Positions 26,201 through 35,223 of a stretch of 64,000 nt of DNA are shown in pieces. Below the pieces are notes generated by a model. That model made no database searches. It was not told the origin of the DNA and worked only from the letters and a program-made list of their open reading frames with translations. This DNA is from a virus (Duplodnaviria > Caudoviricetes). How positions within the stretch are numbered: position 1 is the stretch's first letter; each line of letters opens with the position of its first letter. The position numbers and the translations under genes are program-made. The stretch is from the IMG/VR virus record IMGVR_UViG_3300002220_000425, positions 1,989 to 65,988 of that record; one strand, 5' to 3'.

Positions 26201-26818
26201 ATGGTCGCGATGGCAAAGGGCAACTGCTTTGACGGTGCGTGTCTGTGTCCCGATGAGCGAAAGCCGGTGGAGATGGTTGCGTTCAACGGTGGTGGTATTT
26301 CGTGGAAGGGCGGGTATTCGATCGCGAAGTACCTTCCCAAGGCGGCAGTGGAGCACAGGAGCCACAACTGGAACTTTCGGCGGGCGATGCACTTTGCGGA
26401 GAGTATGGATCGATTATCCGTTGGTGTGGCATTCTCGCGCGGCGCGACAGCGTTAAGCCACATGCCGGCGTTCACGGATTACTTTACTGACGTTTTTCTG
26501 CATACACCAGCGTTTGATCAGCCGATGGTCAACCCTGGTTGCCGATACCACATTTTCGTCACGCAAGGGGACAAAACGCCCGTGGCGAAGGACGGATTTA
26601 GGCTGTTTGAGTGGGTTGCCGATCACGGCGCGACGGTCACTTTGGTGACGCTTGCGTGGGCTGAGCACGCGAATCCGACATGGTTTGAGATGTGGCTGGA
26701 GCGAAAACGGCACATGTTCCACAACATTGTCCCTATACTGACCGCGTGTAACGTTACACGCTCGTTTTACACCCTTGAAGAGTTGAGAGCACAGAATGAG
26801 TGGCAGCCAAGCTGTTGA
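26201..26818 (+). CDS. Alpha/beta-hydrolase-like protein
   Basis: Nucleophile elbow GVAFSRGA, TQGD, C-terminal HMFH. Confidence 0.55.
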   Translation: MVAMAKGNCFDGACLCPDERKPVEMVAFNGGGISWKGGYSIAKYLPKAAVEHRSHNWNFRRAMHFAESMDRLSVGVAFSRGATALSHMPAFTDYFTDVFLHTPAFDQPMVNPGCRYHIFVTQGDKTPVAKDGFRLFEWVADHGATVTLVTLAWAEHANPTWFEMWLERKRHMFHNIVPILTACNVTRSFYTLEELRAQNEWQPSC

Positions 26819-27050
26819 GATTGAGAAACGGTTGAACCGTCAGGCCAAACTGAAGGGCACTGACCAGTGGTTCGACATGGGGAACGTGTCTTTCGAGGAC
26901 GCGGCGATAAACTTGGCCGAGAGGCTTGGGCGAGGTGCGGACAAGATTCACGTGACATTGCGAGATGCTGACGATCTTGCGACGGAGTTTGACGTGACGG
27001 TGGAATCGACGCGGGCGTACCGGGTTGTTGGCTTACGTGGCGGTGAGTAA
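26796..27050 (+). CDS. Hypothetical protein
   Basis: 84-aa ORF in the operon. Confidence 0.55.
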   Translation: MSGSQAVEIEKRLNRQAKLKGTDQWFDMGNVSFEDAAINLAERLGRGADKIHVTLRDADDLATEFDVTVESTRAYRVVGLRGGE

Positions 27051-27377
27051 ATGGTAATCAGCACGGACGAAAAGCGGCACCTTGAGCGGCTCGTGGACTC
27101 TGTTGTGGAAGCGAGGGCAGTGTTTGACCTTGCGTCCATGGAGTTGAGCAAGCGACTTGACATCAGCCTTGAATTGGCGTCTGAAGCGATCGATGAGGCT
27201 GATGAGGTTCAGGACTTGTTGGACAAGTTTGGCATTGAGGTGTCATCGTGCGTGAGGACCACGTGGGAGAACGTACAGCGTTCATGCACGGGCGAAGAGC
27301 CTGAAGCTTCGCGTTATTACGACGAAGATGATGAGGAACTGTTCGGCCCTTGGGGTGACGCTTACGAGGGCTGGTGA
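27051..27377 (+). CDS. Hypothetical acidic protein
   Basis: 108-aa ORF in the operon. Confidence 0.55.
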   Translation: MVISTDEKRHLERLVDSVVEARAVFDLASMELSKRLDISLELASEAIDEADEVQDLLDKFGIEVSSCVRTTWENVQRSCTGEEPEASRYYDEDDEELFGPWGDAYEGW

Positions 27378-27820
27378 TGTTTGAAAAGGAACTTGACCCC
27401 ACAGCGCCGATAGAGATCTGCGGAAAGTGGTTTATCTGGGATGCACGTACACGGCGCCATCGACCAGCAGAAGAGCGGCCAGCCAAGCCAGCCAGGACCC
27501 GCAAAAGCGAAGCGGGAGATCGAGATTTGGCTTCCGTTCCTGTTGCCCCTGAACAACGAACTCGCCGGAAAAAACCGCTTCGTCGTAGCCAGGATTGCGA
27601 AATTAGTCAAAGAGTTGACATCGAGATCCATACCTACCGAGTACACTCATGCGACACCGATGCCGTCTTTATTAAACACGCGCTCGACGCAATCGTTGAT
27701 CGACGAGTTATATCGCAAGACACTGCGGAGAAAATCGCGTCAATCAAGTTCCTCGCCGCCGAAAAAGTCGCGACGTACGAGGAAGAAGGACACTTAATCA
27801 AGATCATCGCCGCCGAATGA
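27374..27820 (+). CDS. rusA: RusA-like Holliday junction resolvase
   Basis: DIEIHTYR..CDTD...KHALDAIVD..VISQD. Confidence 0.65.
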   Translation: MMFEKELDPTAPIEICGKWFIWDARTRRHRPAEERPAKPARTRKSEAGDRDLASVPVAPEQRTRRKKPLRRSQDCEISQRVDIEIHTYRVHSCDTDAVFIKHALDAIVDRRVISQDTAEKIASIKFLAAEKVATYEEEGHLIKIIAAE

Positions 27821-27831
27821 TTCGGGCGGGA

Positions 27832-28983
27832 TCACGCAACTTCGGTTTTTTGCTTTCGTGCTAAAACGATCTGTTGCATGTTGGCTCGCTTCATTTCGAT
27901 GATGCGAGTCATCTTCTTTTTCTTCTCTTGGCCGTACGCGAATACCGTATCCCTTCCCGGTATTTCTGCCGGATTGGTGATGCACTTGTCACGGTAGAAG
28001 TGTTCCGCTGCGTAGATTTCGTAAACACGCTTCTGGCTGTTTGTTCGCCATCGTTCTTCGTTGCGTCGATCGGTTGGCGGCTTGCCCCCGCTCTTGAGCA
28101 AGTGCAATTCCCAAGCGATATCCTTCCAGTCCATGCAAAGCTTGTCACGCATGAAGATGATCAGGGCCATTTCGCGGCGTTGCTCAACGTCCCACACAAG
28201 CTTGCGGGTTCTGCGGTTGACGATCGGGCCAAGCTTGGTGCCAGCGGGCGGTGTGGTGAACGAATTACCTTTGATGCGTGCCGTTCGACATGCCTCCTTC
28301 ATTCGGGCACTGGTTGTTTCCGCTTCAAGCTGAGCGAACCCGGCAATGAGCGTCATGAACATCCGGCCAATCGGAGAGTTTGGCTGGAAGTGCTGACCGC
28401 CAAGGTTGAGGATGTGCAAGTTGATGTGGTTGTTTTGGAACCAATCGTTGCAGTACAGAAAGTCACGTGTGTCGCGGAATGCACGATCGCACTTGTCGAT
28501 GATGAAGTGGTCGCCCTGCTTGATCTGTGCAAGGATCTTGCGAACGCCAGGACGGGTCATGAACGGACGTAGCCTTGCGGACCTTGCCTGTCCGTCGTCA
28601 ATCACGCCGGCGAAGCGAACCTTCTGCGGTTGAAGCTGAAATCGGAAGTAATTCTCCATGCGAAGCTTTTGATCAGGGATCGATGAATCCGCCTCGTACT
28701 GGTTCTTGGTGGACACGCGAGCGTAACCGTAAGCACACGGTTGACCGTCTTCAGGCTTGGCGTAGAAGGGCCGCTGAACCTCTTCGCCGGCTGACGGAGA
28801 GCGGTATCGCTTGGGTGGAACCTTGATCAATTCGTCAAACTGTCTCAGTTCTGCGACTGTTCCTGCTTCTGGAATCTGCAAGGTTTCTTCGGTAATTTCG
28901 TTTTTGATTCGCTCGACTTCGGCGTAGACCATCGCCCGCAGTTCGTCGATTGTGTAGATCATCCAGTCTTTGAAGATTGCCAT
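27832..28983 (-). CDS. Serine recombinase (resolvase domain) with N- and C-terminal extensions
   Basis: YGYARVSTKNQ, SIPDQ, RPG, GDHFIIDKCDRAFRD, AGFAQLEAETTSARMKE. Confidence 0.88.
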   Translation of the reverse strand: MAIFKDWMIYTIDELRAMVYAEVERIKNEITEETLQIPEAGTVAELRQFDELIKVPPKRYRSPSAGEEVQRPFYAKPEDGQPCAYGYARVSTKNQYEADSSIPDQKLRMENYFRFQLQPQKVRFAGVIDDGQARSARLRPFMTRPGVRKILAQIKQGDHFIIDKCDRAFRDTRDFLYCNDWFQNNHINLHILNLGGQHFQPNSPIGRMFMTLIAGFAQLEAETTSARMKEACRTARIKGNSFTTPPAGTKLGPIVNRRTRKLVWDVEQRREMALIIFMRDKLCMDWKDIAWELHLLKSGGKPPTDRRNEERWRTNSQKRVYEIYAAEHFYRDKCITNPAEIPGRDTVFAYGQEKKKKMTRIIEMKRANMQQIVLARKQKTEVA

Positions 28984-29052
28984 AGATTTGTCCGTAATTT
29001 TCGGGGAGTTTTGAAACGACAGTGCCGACGATGGCAGTCCGTCCATTTAACT

Positions 29053-29071
29053 ATATCCGGCAGGGGTGACA
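29053..29071 (-). promoter_or_regulatory. Phage promoter-like motif
   Basis: TGTCACCCCTGCCGGATAT upstream of the serine recombinase. Confidence 0.65.
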
Positions 29072-29233
29072 CGGCAGCTTGCTACACCTCCTTATTTTAG
29101 CCTTAGCAAGTCCAAGAAAAAACGCACTTGACTATTGCGATCGCACCTAAACAGGTGTTAAATGAATAGTGACAGCCTGTAACGTTTCAGGCACAGCGGT
29201 CCAATCGCCCAAACATTGTGGCAGGAGTTTGAC

Positions 29234-30490
29234 GTGGCAGAAGAAGCGACGATCGTAGACACACCGGCGAACGACAGTGATGCAACACTGAGCGATGGCG
29301 ATTTGTCTCGGATGTTCACGGACGCTGCTGGCGTTGCACCCGGGCCTGCTCCAGACGTAGCCGATGAAACTTCGGTTGTATCGGACGAAGCTCCGGTCGT
29401 AAGTGACCAAGTTCCGGTGGCTGACCCGGCGACAGCCGCGAGCGAGCCTGCTGCACCTGTTGTTGAACCGCCAACGATTCAGTCTGCTGAGTTGTTGGCA
29501 GCGGCCAAGGATCTTGGCATTTCGACCGATGGCATGAAGACCGCAGAGGATCTCGCACTTGCGAGTTTGCGGAAGCTTCACGAATCGGCACCAATGTTGA
29601 ACTATGCTCAACAGTTGTTGCCCTATGCCGATCAGATTCGCGAGTTCTTTGCTTCACGTGAAGGGCAAGCGGGTCAACAGAATCAGCCTGCTGGACAGCA
29701 GGAAGAGTGGACGCCCGATTCGCACTTCAATCAGCTTTGGGGCGGTCCACAGTGGGACTCGCAGTTCACTGAAGCGATCAATTCTGGGATGGTCCAGCGC
29801 GATCCAGCGACTGGGTTGTGGCAATCGGCACCTGGTTACGAAGTGATAACGGGCTCGATGATTGAGCCGCTGAATGCCGCTCATCGTCACGCGACCAGTT
29901 TTTGGACAGAGCTTTCCCGCAGCAATCCGTATCAGAAGTTCTACCAAGCGATGGAAGAACCGATGCGTCGAGCGTGGAAGCAGGACATGGAAGAGTTCTT
30001 GCAAACGCGGGAGCAAGAGGCCGCGACGAGCAACGACATTGCTCAGTTTGAAAAGCAGCATGAAGCGTTGTTGTACAAGACGAATCCTGTCACGGGACGG
30101 CGGGAACCAACTGAACATGGCAATGCGTTGTTGAGTTCGATCGATCGAATCAACCGTGCCCAGACGCCGCAGGAAAAGCTTGCAATCGCCGTTGAGTTGG
30201 CGGGTATTGGCAAGCAAGCCGCGCAGCAACCAGCGCAGCCAGTTGCCGCAGCGCAACCCGCACAGCCCGCGCCGGCTGTTCCTGCACAACAAGCCGCTCC
30301 TGCACAGCCAGTTGCAGCGGCACCAACAGATCAACGGTCGCAACAGTCGTTCCTTGATGGGGCTTTGAGAGTTGCATCTCACAGCCCTGGTTCAAACGGT
30401 TCGGGCGATGCAATGGGCACCGCTCCTGTCCAAATGGAAGCAAATGAGTTGGGCAATTTCTTTATTAACCAATTCAGAAGCAGAACGTAA
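29234..30490 (+). CDS. Probable capsid scaffolding protein
   Basis: GTG start after AGGAG; acidic, A/P/Q-rich; immediately upstream of the capsid gene. Confidence 0.6.
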   Translation: MAEEATIVDTPANDSDATLSDGDLSRMFTDAAGVAPGPAPDVADETSVVSDEAPVVSDQVPVADPATAASEPAAPVVEPPTIQSAELLAAAKDLGISTDGMKTAEDLALASLRKLHESAPMLNYAQQLLPYADQIREFFASREGQAGQQNQPAGQQEEWTPDSHFNQLWGGPQWDSQFTEAINSGMVQRDPATGLWQSAPGYEVITGSMIEPLNAAHRHATSFWTELSRSNPYQKFYQAMEEPMRRAWKQDMEEFLQTREQEAATSNDIAQFEKQHEALLYKTNPVTGRREPTEHGNALLSSIDRINRAQTPQEKLAIAVELAGIGKQAAQQPAQPVAAAQPAQPAPAVPAQQAAPAQPVAAAPTDQRSQQSFLDGALRVASHSPGSNGSGDAMGTAPVQMEANELGNFFINQFRSRT

Positions 30491-30501
30491 AAAGGTGACT
30501 T

Positions 30502-31617
30502 ATGGCCGACGAATGGATCGGTATTGTCAATTCGACACGTGCCCGGTACATGAAGGGCGCGTCGGACTTGACAATCCGCAAACGACTGTTGCTTGCAATG
30601 TTGCGCAAGCGTGGTCGCTTTGAGTACAACTGCTCAGGCGACGAAATGAAGTGGCAGGTTGAGTTCAGCCAGCCTCCTGTCAGTGCTCACGCGGACGGCG
30701 GTGTGGTTGACTTCGCGAACCACGATGCGTTCCGTCAGTTGTCGTTGGATTGGCGCGGTTACATCGCGACCGATTCGATGAGCAAGAAGCAAGTCGGTAT
30801 GAACAAAGGCGATGAAGCCCTCATCCGTTTGTTCAACACGAAGCAAGAGCGATTGCGTAAGTCGATCGACAACAACTTCGCCGGCGAGCTTTACCGAGAC
30901 GGTTCGGCAGCGGGACGTGAAAACAACATTCACGGCCTTGAAACGTTCTTTGGTGCGGGTACGGTCACTGCTGGCGACCGCATTGCGGCTCCGAGCGACA
31001 CTTACGGCAACACTGCGTTGTCCACCGTTCCGGCGACGTACGGCGGTTCGTGGTCGAGTGCGTTGGCCACCAAGCCGAACGCTTCGTTGGCGACTGACTG
31101 GCCTGACGGTCAAGGCGATGTGGAGTACGACTTCAACAGTCCGAAACTCATCAACTGGAGTTCGACTGCATGGGGAACTTCGTCCACGACTTGGGAAGCC
31201 AATGCGTGGCGTGTGATTTCTCAGGCGATCACTTGGTTGACCACGACGGGTGGCGACGATGGCATGCCGTCGTTGATCCCGATGGCGCCGAACATGTTCC
31301 AGGGCTACAAGAACGCTCAGGAAGTGAAGACCCGAATCAACATTCCTCACAAGGAATCGCAAGATTTGGGATTTGGCAACACGCTCAACCAAGACGGTTG
31401 CGGGCTGTACCCTGACTTCGATTGCCCTGTTGATACGGCTTACTGCCTCAACGTGGCGATGATCACGGTTTGCAGCTTGTTTGACGAGTTGTTTTGGATG
31501 GAAGGTCCAGACAAGGATCCTCGCACTGGCTGGGGCTATTTGTGGGGCACTGGTTTCTTTGGGAACGTGAAGTACGAATCACCGAAGCATTTCGGCAAGA
31601 TCAAGAACTTCGCTTGA
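30502..31617 (+). CDS. Major capsid protein
   Basis: 371 aa; DLTIRKRLLLAML, DSMSKKQ..N.GDEALI.L..K...L.KSIDN.FAGELY.DG, HGLE; followed by a hairpin. Confidence 0.8.
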   Translation: MADEWIGIVNSTRARYMKGASDLTIRKRLLLAMLRKRGRFEYNCSGDEMKWQVEFSQPPVSAHADGGVVDFANHDAFRQLSLDWRGYIATDSMSKKQVGMNKGDEALIRLFNTKQERLRKSIDNNFAGELYRDGSAAGRENNIHGLETFFGAGTVTAGDRIAAPSDTYGNTALSTVPATYGGSWSSALATKPNASLATDWPDGQGDVEYDFNSPKLINWSSTAWGTSSTTWEANAWRVISQAITWLTTTGGDDGMPSLIPMAPNMFQGYKNAQEVKTRINIPHKESQDLGFGNTLNQDGCGLYPDFDCPVDTAYCLNVAMITVCSLFDELFWMEGPDKDPRTGWGYLWGTGFFGNVKYESPKHFGKIKNFA

Positions 31618-31686
31618 TGAATCGGGCGGTCGCGTAAGTCGCGCGGCCTTTGGGACTTTTTTTAAGAAACGTATTGGAGATTCACC

Positions 31687-32292
31687 ATGGCCGATAAGGT
31701 CAGTTCATTACCGCGACGGGGTAAAACCTATAGCGGTGGTACTCCAAGCTCGATTGGTCAATCCGTTGGGCTTGAAGGGTACATTCAGGAGTTCAAAGAC
31801 GAGGTTAGCACTGGCGCGGGCGTGCTCAGCCAGCGATCGGGCCAAGTCACAAAGGCGATGCTTGTTCGCAATGCTTCGGGGTTTGCCTTGCTTCCCGGTC
31901 GCAGCGTTGCGTGGCAGGCTGGATTTCGCGGGCGACGGGTTGCGGGTTACACCGCGACCACTGCTCAAGAGGTTGCTGGTTACGTGGACGACAAGTTGCC
32001 ATCGACGGGCGTTGCTCAAAACGACTTGTTCTGGTTGCTCCGTAAAGGGCCAGCACTGGTCAAGACACCAAACGCGGGTGGTGCTGCAAACGTGTTTGCT
32101 GAAGGTGACGTGCTTGTTGCGTTGACTGCGGCAACGACGGGAGCGGTGACTGCGGGGCGCCCTGCGGTTCTCGACCTTGCGGTTGCAACCAACACGACGG
32201 GAGCGATTGTCAACCGAATTGGCCGAGTCATGAGCGCGATGACGACCGCTCAGACGAACGCTGACATGCTGGTTGATTTGGAATTGATGTGA
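31687..32292 (+). CDS. Capsid cement/decoration-like protein
   Basis: A/G/T-rich beta protein right after the capsid gene; VRN.SG.ALLPG, GVAQNDLFW. Confidence 0.6.
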   Translation: MADKVSSLPRRGKTYSGGTPSSIGQSVGLEGYIQEFKDEVSTGAGVLSQRSGQVTKAMLVRNASGFALLPGRSVAWQAGFRGRRVAGYTATTAQEVAGYVDDKLPSTGVAQNDLFWLLRKGPALVKTPNAGGAANVFAEGDVLVALTAATTGAVTAGRPAVLDLAVATNTTGAIVNRIGRVMSAMTTAQTNADMLVDLELM

Positions 32293-32299
32293 TCGGTTG

Positions 32300-32338
32300 C
32301 AGCCTGAAACGTTTCAGGCTGTCACCCTTGGCGGATAA
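32300..32338 (+). promoter_or_regulatory. 22-bp perfect palindrome fused to a promoter motif
   Basis: CAGCCTGAAACGTTTCAGGCTG (32300-32321) overlapping TGTCACCCTTGGCGGATAA (32320-32338). Confidence 0.8.
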
Positions 32339-32346
32339 TAACATTG

Positions 32347-32380
32347 AGCCGGCCAGTCTTCGGGCTGGTCGGCTTATTTT
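32347..32380 (+). terminator. Terminator/attenuator with UUCG loop
   Basis: AGCCGGCCAGTC-TTCG-GGCTGGTCGGCT-TATTTT. Confidence 0.75.
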
Positions 32381-32397
32381 GCAAACAGGTGCAAACG

Positions 32398-32619
32398 ATG
32401 GCGATCGATAAGCAAAGATTGGACAAGTGGTTTAGCAACAAGGCATTGCCGGTATCTGACAAGACTCAGAATCACGGTGCCCAAGAGATCCGCATGAAAG
32501 CCAGAGCGTTGGCTGATGCGATTGTTGCGAACACACCGGCGAGTGCCGATCAGAGCGATGCGATCCGCAAGGTGCGTGAAGCGATGCAGGTATCGTTTCA
32601 GTCGATCGTTTGCGAGTGA
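32398..32619 (+). CDS. Acb2/Tad1-hairpin-like small protein
   Basis: LDKWFS...EIRMKARALADAIVANTPASADQSDAIRKVREAMQ. Confidence 0.6.
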   Translation: MAIDKQRLDKWFSNKALPVSDKTQNHGAQEIRMKARALADAIVANTPASADQSDAIRKVREAMQVSFQSIVCE

Positions 32620-32637
32620 CAATCCAACAGGCCAACA

Positions 32638-32949
32638 ATGCCTCAGAAACAAGACATTCGACAGATACCCGCACCAGATGGCGGGCGCGTAGAAACTGGG
32701 CCAGTCCAGTTCGGTGACGATTGGCCAGGGACGTTCATTCGCGGTGACAGTTCAGCGTACTACGCACTTCTCTTGAATCAGCTTATCGAAACGGGAGAGG
32801 TTGATTTAATTTCCAAGATTCAATTGCGCGGATTGGTTGACGAACTAAACAGTTCGACGACCGGACCATGCAGCGATCGAATCTCTTCTTTGATCCTCAA
32901 GCTCCGCAACGCTAACAAAGCAGGCAATGATGCAGAAACCGAAACTTGA
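32638..32949 (+). CDS. Conserved phage hypothetical protein
   Basis: RVETGPVQFGDDWPGTFIRGD motif. Confidence 0.65.
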   Translation: MPQKQDIRQIPAPDGGRVETGPVQFGDDWPGTFIRGDSSAYYALLLNQLIETGEVDLISKIQLRGLVDELNSSTTGPCSDRISSLILKLRNANKAGNDAETET

Positions 32950-34621
32950 TGTCCTAGTCGTGTTCTTCGCCTTCGGTGGCAATGGTTCAGTAGGCATGCA
33001 ATTGCCGCAGATCACGACATGGTTTGCGAAGCTTCACGAATGGATGAAGAAGGACGAACGCATTGGGAGAATCGCGTGTGTTACAGCGGGCGATATCCCC
33101 TTGTCGATGGAACGCAACAAAATGGTAAAGAAAGCCATGGACCAAGGCTTTGACTGCATCCTCATGCTTGACTCTGACAACGTTCCCGATCTTTACGTCG
33201 GGCACGATCCAAAGGCCAAGCCGTTCTTCCAGACTTCGTTCGACTTCCTTTACAGCCGTGCGCTACGTGAACTTCCCACGGTTGTGTGTGCGCCGTACTG
33301 TGGTCCACCACCTCATCCAACACGAGGTGGCGAAGAGAACGTGTACGTGTTTTACGCCGAGGCGAACGAAACGCCAGATCCGAACGCACCGCACCCGGGA
33401 ATGCGATTCAAGGCTTACTCACGTCAGCATGCCGCGATCATGGAAGGGATTCAGCCGATTGCCGCTGGGCCAACCGGCGTGATTTTGTACTCGGTGGATG
33501 CGTTCAAGCTGATGCCGACCAAGCCGGATGTTGAATCTGTCTTGAATGACGTTGCCGCTGGGAAGGTGGGCGTTGCACGCGCCAAGGAATTGCTTGCCAT
33601 GGAATCGTGGTTCTACTACGAGTACGAAGACGGCGAATGCACTCACAAGGCTTCAACCGAAGATTGCACGAACACTCGTGAGATTCAGCTTGCCGGTATC
33701 CACAAGCACGGCGAACCGATCGTGTTTTGCAATTGGGATTCGTGGGCGGGGCACTACAAGCCGAAGTGCGTTGGCAAGCCGAACCCACTGAGGATCGAGC
33801 AAGTGTCGTCAGTGTTTGCTGAGGCTGTTCGCAGCAACGTTTCATCGCAGGATTCGGCGGTGATGCTGGACCTGCCAGATATTGACCTGGACGGTCCCCT
33901 AAACCTGTCAGCCGAAGGATTGGCAAAGGCATCGGCCATGCAGGTCAAGCAGGCTGTTGAAGCCGAAACCGACAGTAAGTTCGTGATCTACGGACGCAAG
34001 TTTACCAATCCAGTATACACCAAGCAGCAGTGTGTTGATCTGTACCACATTTGCAATGTCGTGTTTAGCGAATGGGTGGTACAGGAAAAGGCGTTTAGCG
34101 GTCGGGTTGCAGTCATTGGCGACACGACTGGAGAGCTATGTTGGACAGTGCATCATGCTTTTCCAAGTGCCATAATTTACTGCGTTACCGACAAGCCGAT
34201 GGGCATGACACCTGAAGGCGAACCGATACCTCCGATTGGGTTCCCGCTGGGGATGCCAAAAGAGATTCGCGTTGTGAACATCACAGCCGATAGCGTTGAT
34301 CCGCAGGAATTGGATCTGATTGTCGTTGGTTGTCGAATGCGACCCCAGGCGGCAACATCTGAGATTGGATTGTGGGGGCGTCGGCACTTGTCGAAAGATG
34401 GGACATTGATCGCCGCTGGTGCTGCCCATCAGAGTTCCGATGCACAAGGATTAGTGAAGGTTCTGGAAATGCTTGGCGTTGCTGGTGGGTCACTGTGCGG
34501 GTCTGTCATTCGAATTGACCGCGACGACTTTGACATGCAGCCAGAATCGGAACTCGCCCCTGTTGAAGACGACGCGAATGACGATGACGATTTCGATGAA
34601 GCGGAGGCGACTTACGGATAA
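32927..34621 (+). CDS. GT-A glycosyltransferase-like protein with C-terminal Rossmann-like domain
   Basis: LSMERNKMVKKAM..GFDCILMLDSD (DxD), VVCAPY, GTGVIL-like PTGVILYS, SEDxxF-like STEDCT. Confidence 0.6.
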   Translation: MMQKPKLDVLVVFFAFGGNGSVGMQLPQITTWFAKLHEWMKKDERIGRIACVTAGDIPLSMERNKMVKKAMDQGFDCILMLDSDNVPDLYVGHDPKAKPFFQTSFDFLYSRALRELPTVVCAPYCGPPPHPTRGGEENVYVFYAEANETPDPNAPHPGMRFKAYSRQHAAIMEGIQPIAAGPTGVILYSVDAFKLMPTKPDVESVLNDVAAGKVGVARAKELLAMESWFYYEYEDGECTHKASTEDCTNTREIQLAGIHKHGEPIVFCNWDSWAGHYKPKCVGKPNPLRIEQVSSVFAEAVRSNVSSQDSAVMLDLPDIDLDGPLNLSAEGLAKASAMQVKQAVEAETDSKFVIYGRKFTNPVYTKQQCVDLYHICNVVFSEWVVQEKAFSGRVAVIGDTTGELCWTVHHAFPSAIIYCVTDKPMGMTPEGEPIPPIGFPLGMPKEIRVVNITADSVDPQELDLIVVGCRMRPQAATSEIGLWGRRHLSKDGTLIAAGAAHQSSDAQGLVKVLEMLGVAGGSLCGSVIRIDRDDFDMQPESELAPVEDDANDDDDFDEAEATYG

Positions 34622-35223
34622 TGGCAGGGCTCCAGTGCGAAGAATGCGGGTTGGACTTTCCGATCGACCATTTTCCAGACATTGCCCTTGGCATGATCTG
34701 CGAGAACTGCCTTCTTGGCATTGATTCCGAGCAAGCCGCCAAGAAGCTTGAGGCCAAAACGAAAGCGATGGCCAACAAGCTGCTTGACGTGAAGGACGTG
34801 AACGAATTGCTTCCCAAGGTCAGGACGGTCTTGGGATCGATTTACAAGAACTTTGGTGGTCCGCGTGGATTTGCAGATCGCGTTCACTGGATGATCGAGG
34901 AATTGTGCAATCGGTCGCCGGTGCCGTCGAGCGCCGCTCAGTTGATGATTCAGTTGATGAAGCTGCATTTGTCGCTTGAGCAGACAGAAGATCAAAGCGA
35001 TGCTCGCAAGATGACAGACGAGCAGATTAAGAACGAGCAGCAGTTAGCACTGTTGCAGATTGCAATGGATGCCGCTGGCGATCCGAGCAAGCAATCGATC
35101 CTGTTCAAGATGCTTGAGGCTCAGGGGATTGTCGCCTATCAGATGACCCCCGAAGAACAGCAGAAGCGGTTGGTTAGCGAAGTGCTGGAGAAGGAACCTC
35201 AGCAAGAGCAGACTGATCAATGA
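34621..35223 (+). CDS. Candidate terminase small subunit
   Basis: Helical protein with CxxC pairs directly upstream of and overlapping terL. Confidence 0.45.
   Translation: MAGLQCEECGLDFPIDHFPDIALGMICENCLLGIDSEQAAKKLEAKTKAMANKLLDVKDVNELLPKVRTVLGSIYKNFGGPRGFADRVHWMIEELCNRSPVPSSAAQLMIQLMKLHLSLEQTEDQSDARKMTDEQIKNEQQLALLQIAMDAAGDPSKQSILFKMLEAQGIVAYQMTPEEQQKRLVSEVLEKEPQQEQTDQ

Noticed and set aside
27441-27797. Overlapping frame reading IEIWLPFLLPLNNELAGKNRF, which resembles a RusA N-terminus and suggested a -1 frameshift
   Set aside because: The main frame 27374-27820 is complete with a coupled start; the alternative frame has no SD, and joining would leave too short a spacer before the catalytic strand. 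Probably coincidence.
11152-32338. CRISPR array, or sigma54 promoter, as the explanation of the 19-bp repeat
   Set aside because: Copies are 1-7 kb apart with genes between and no cas genes; the motif lacks the sigma54 GG(-24)/GC(-12) dinucleotides.
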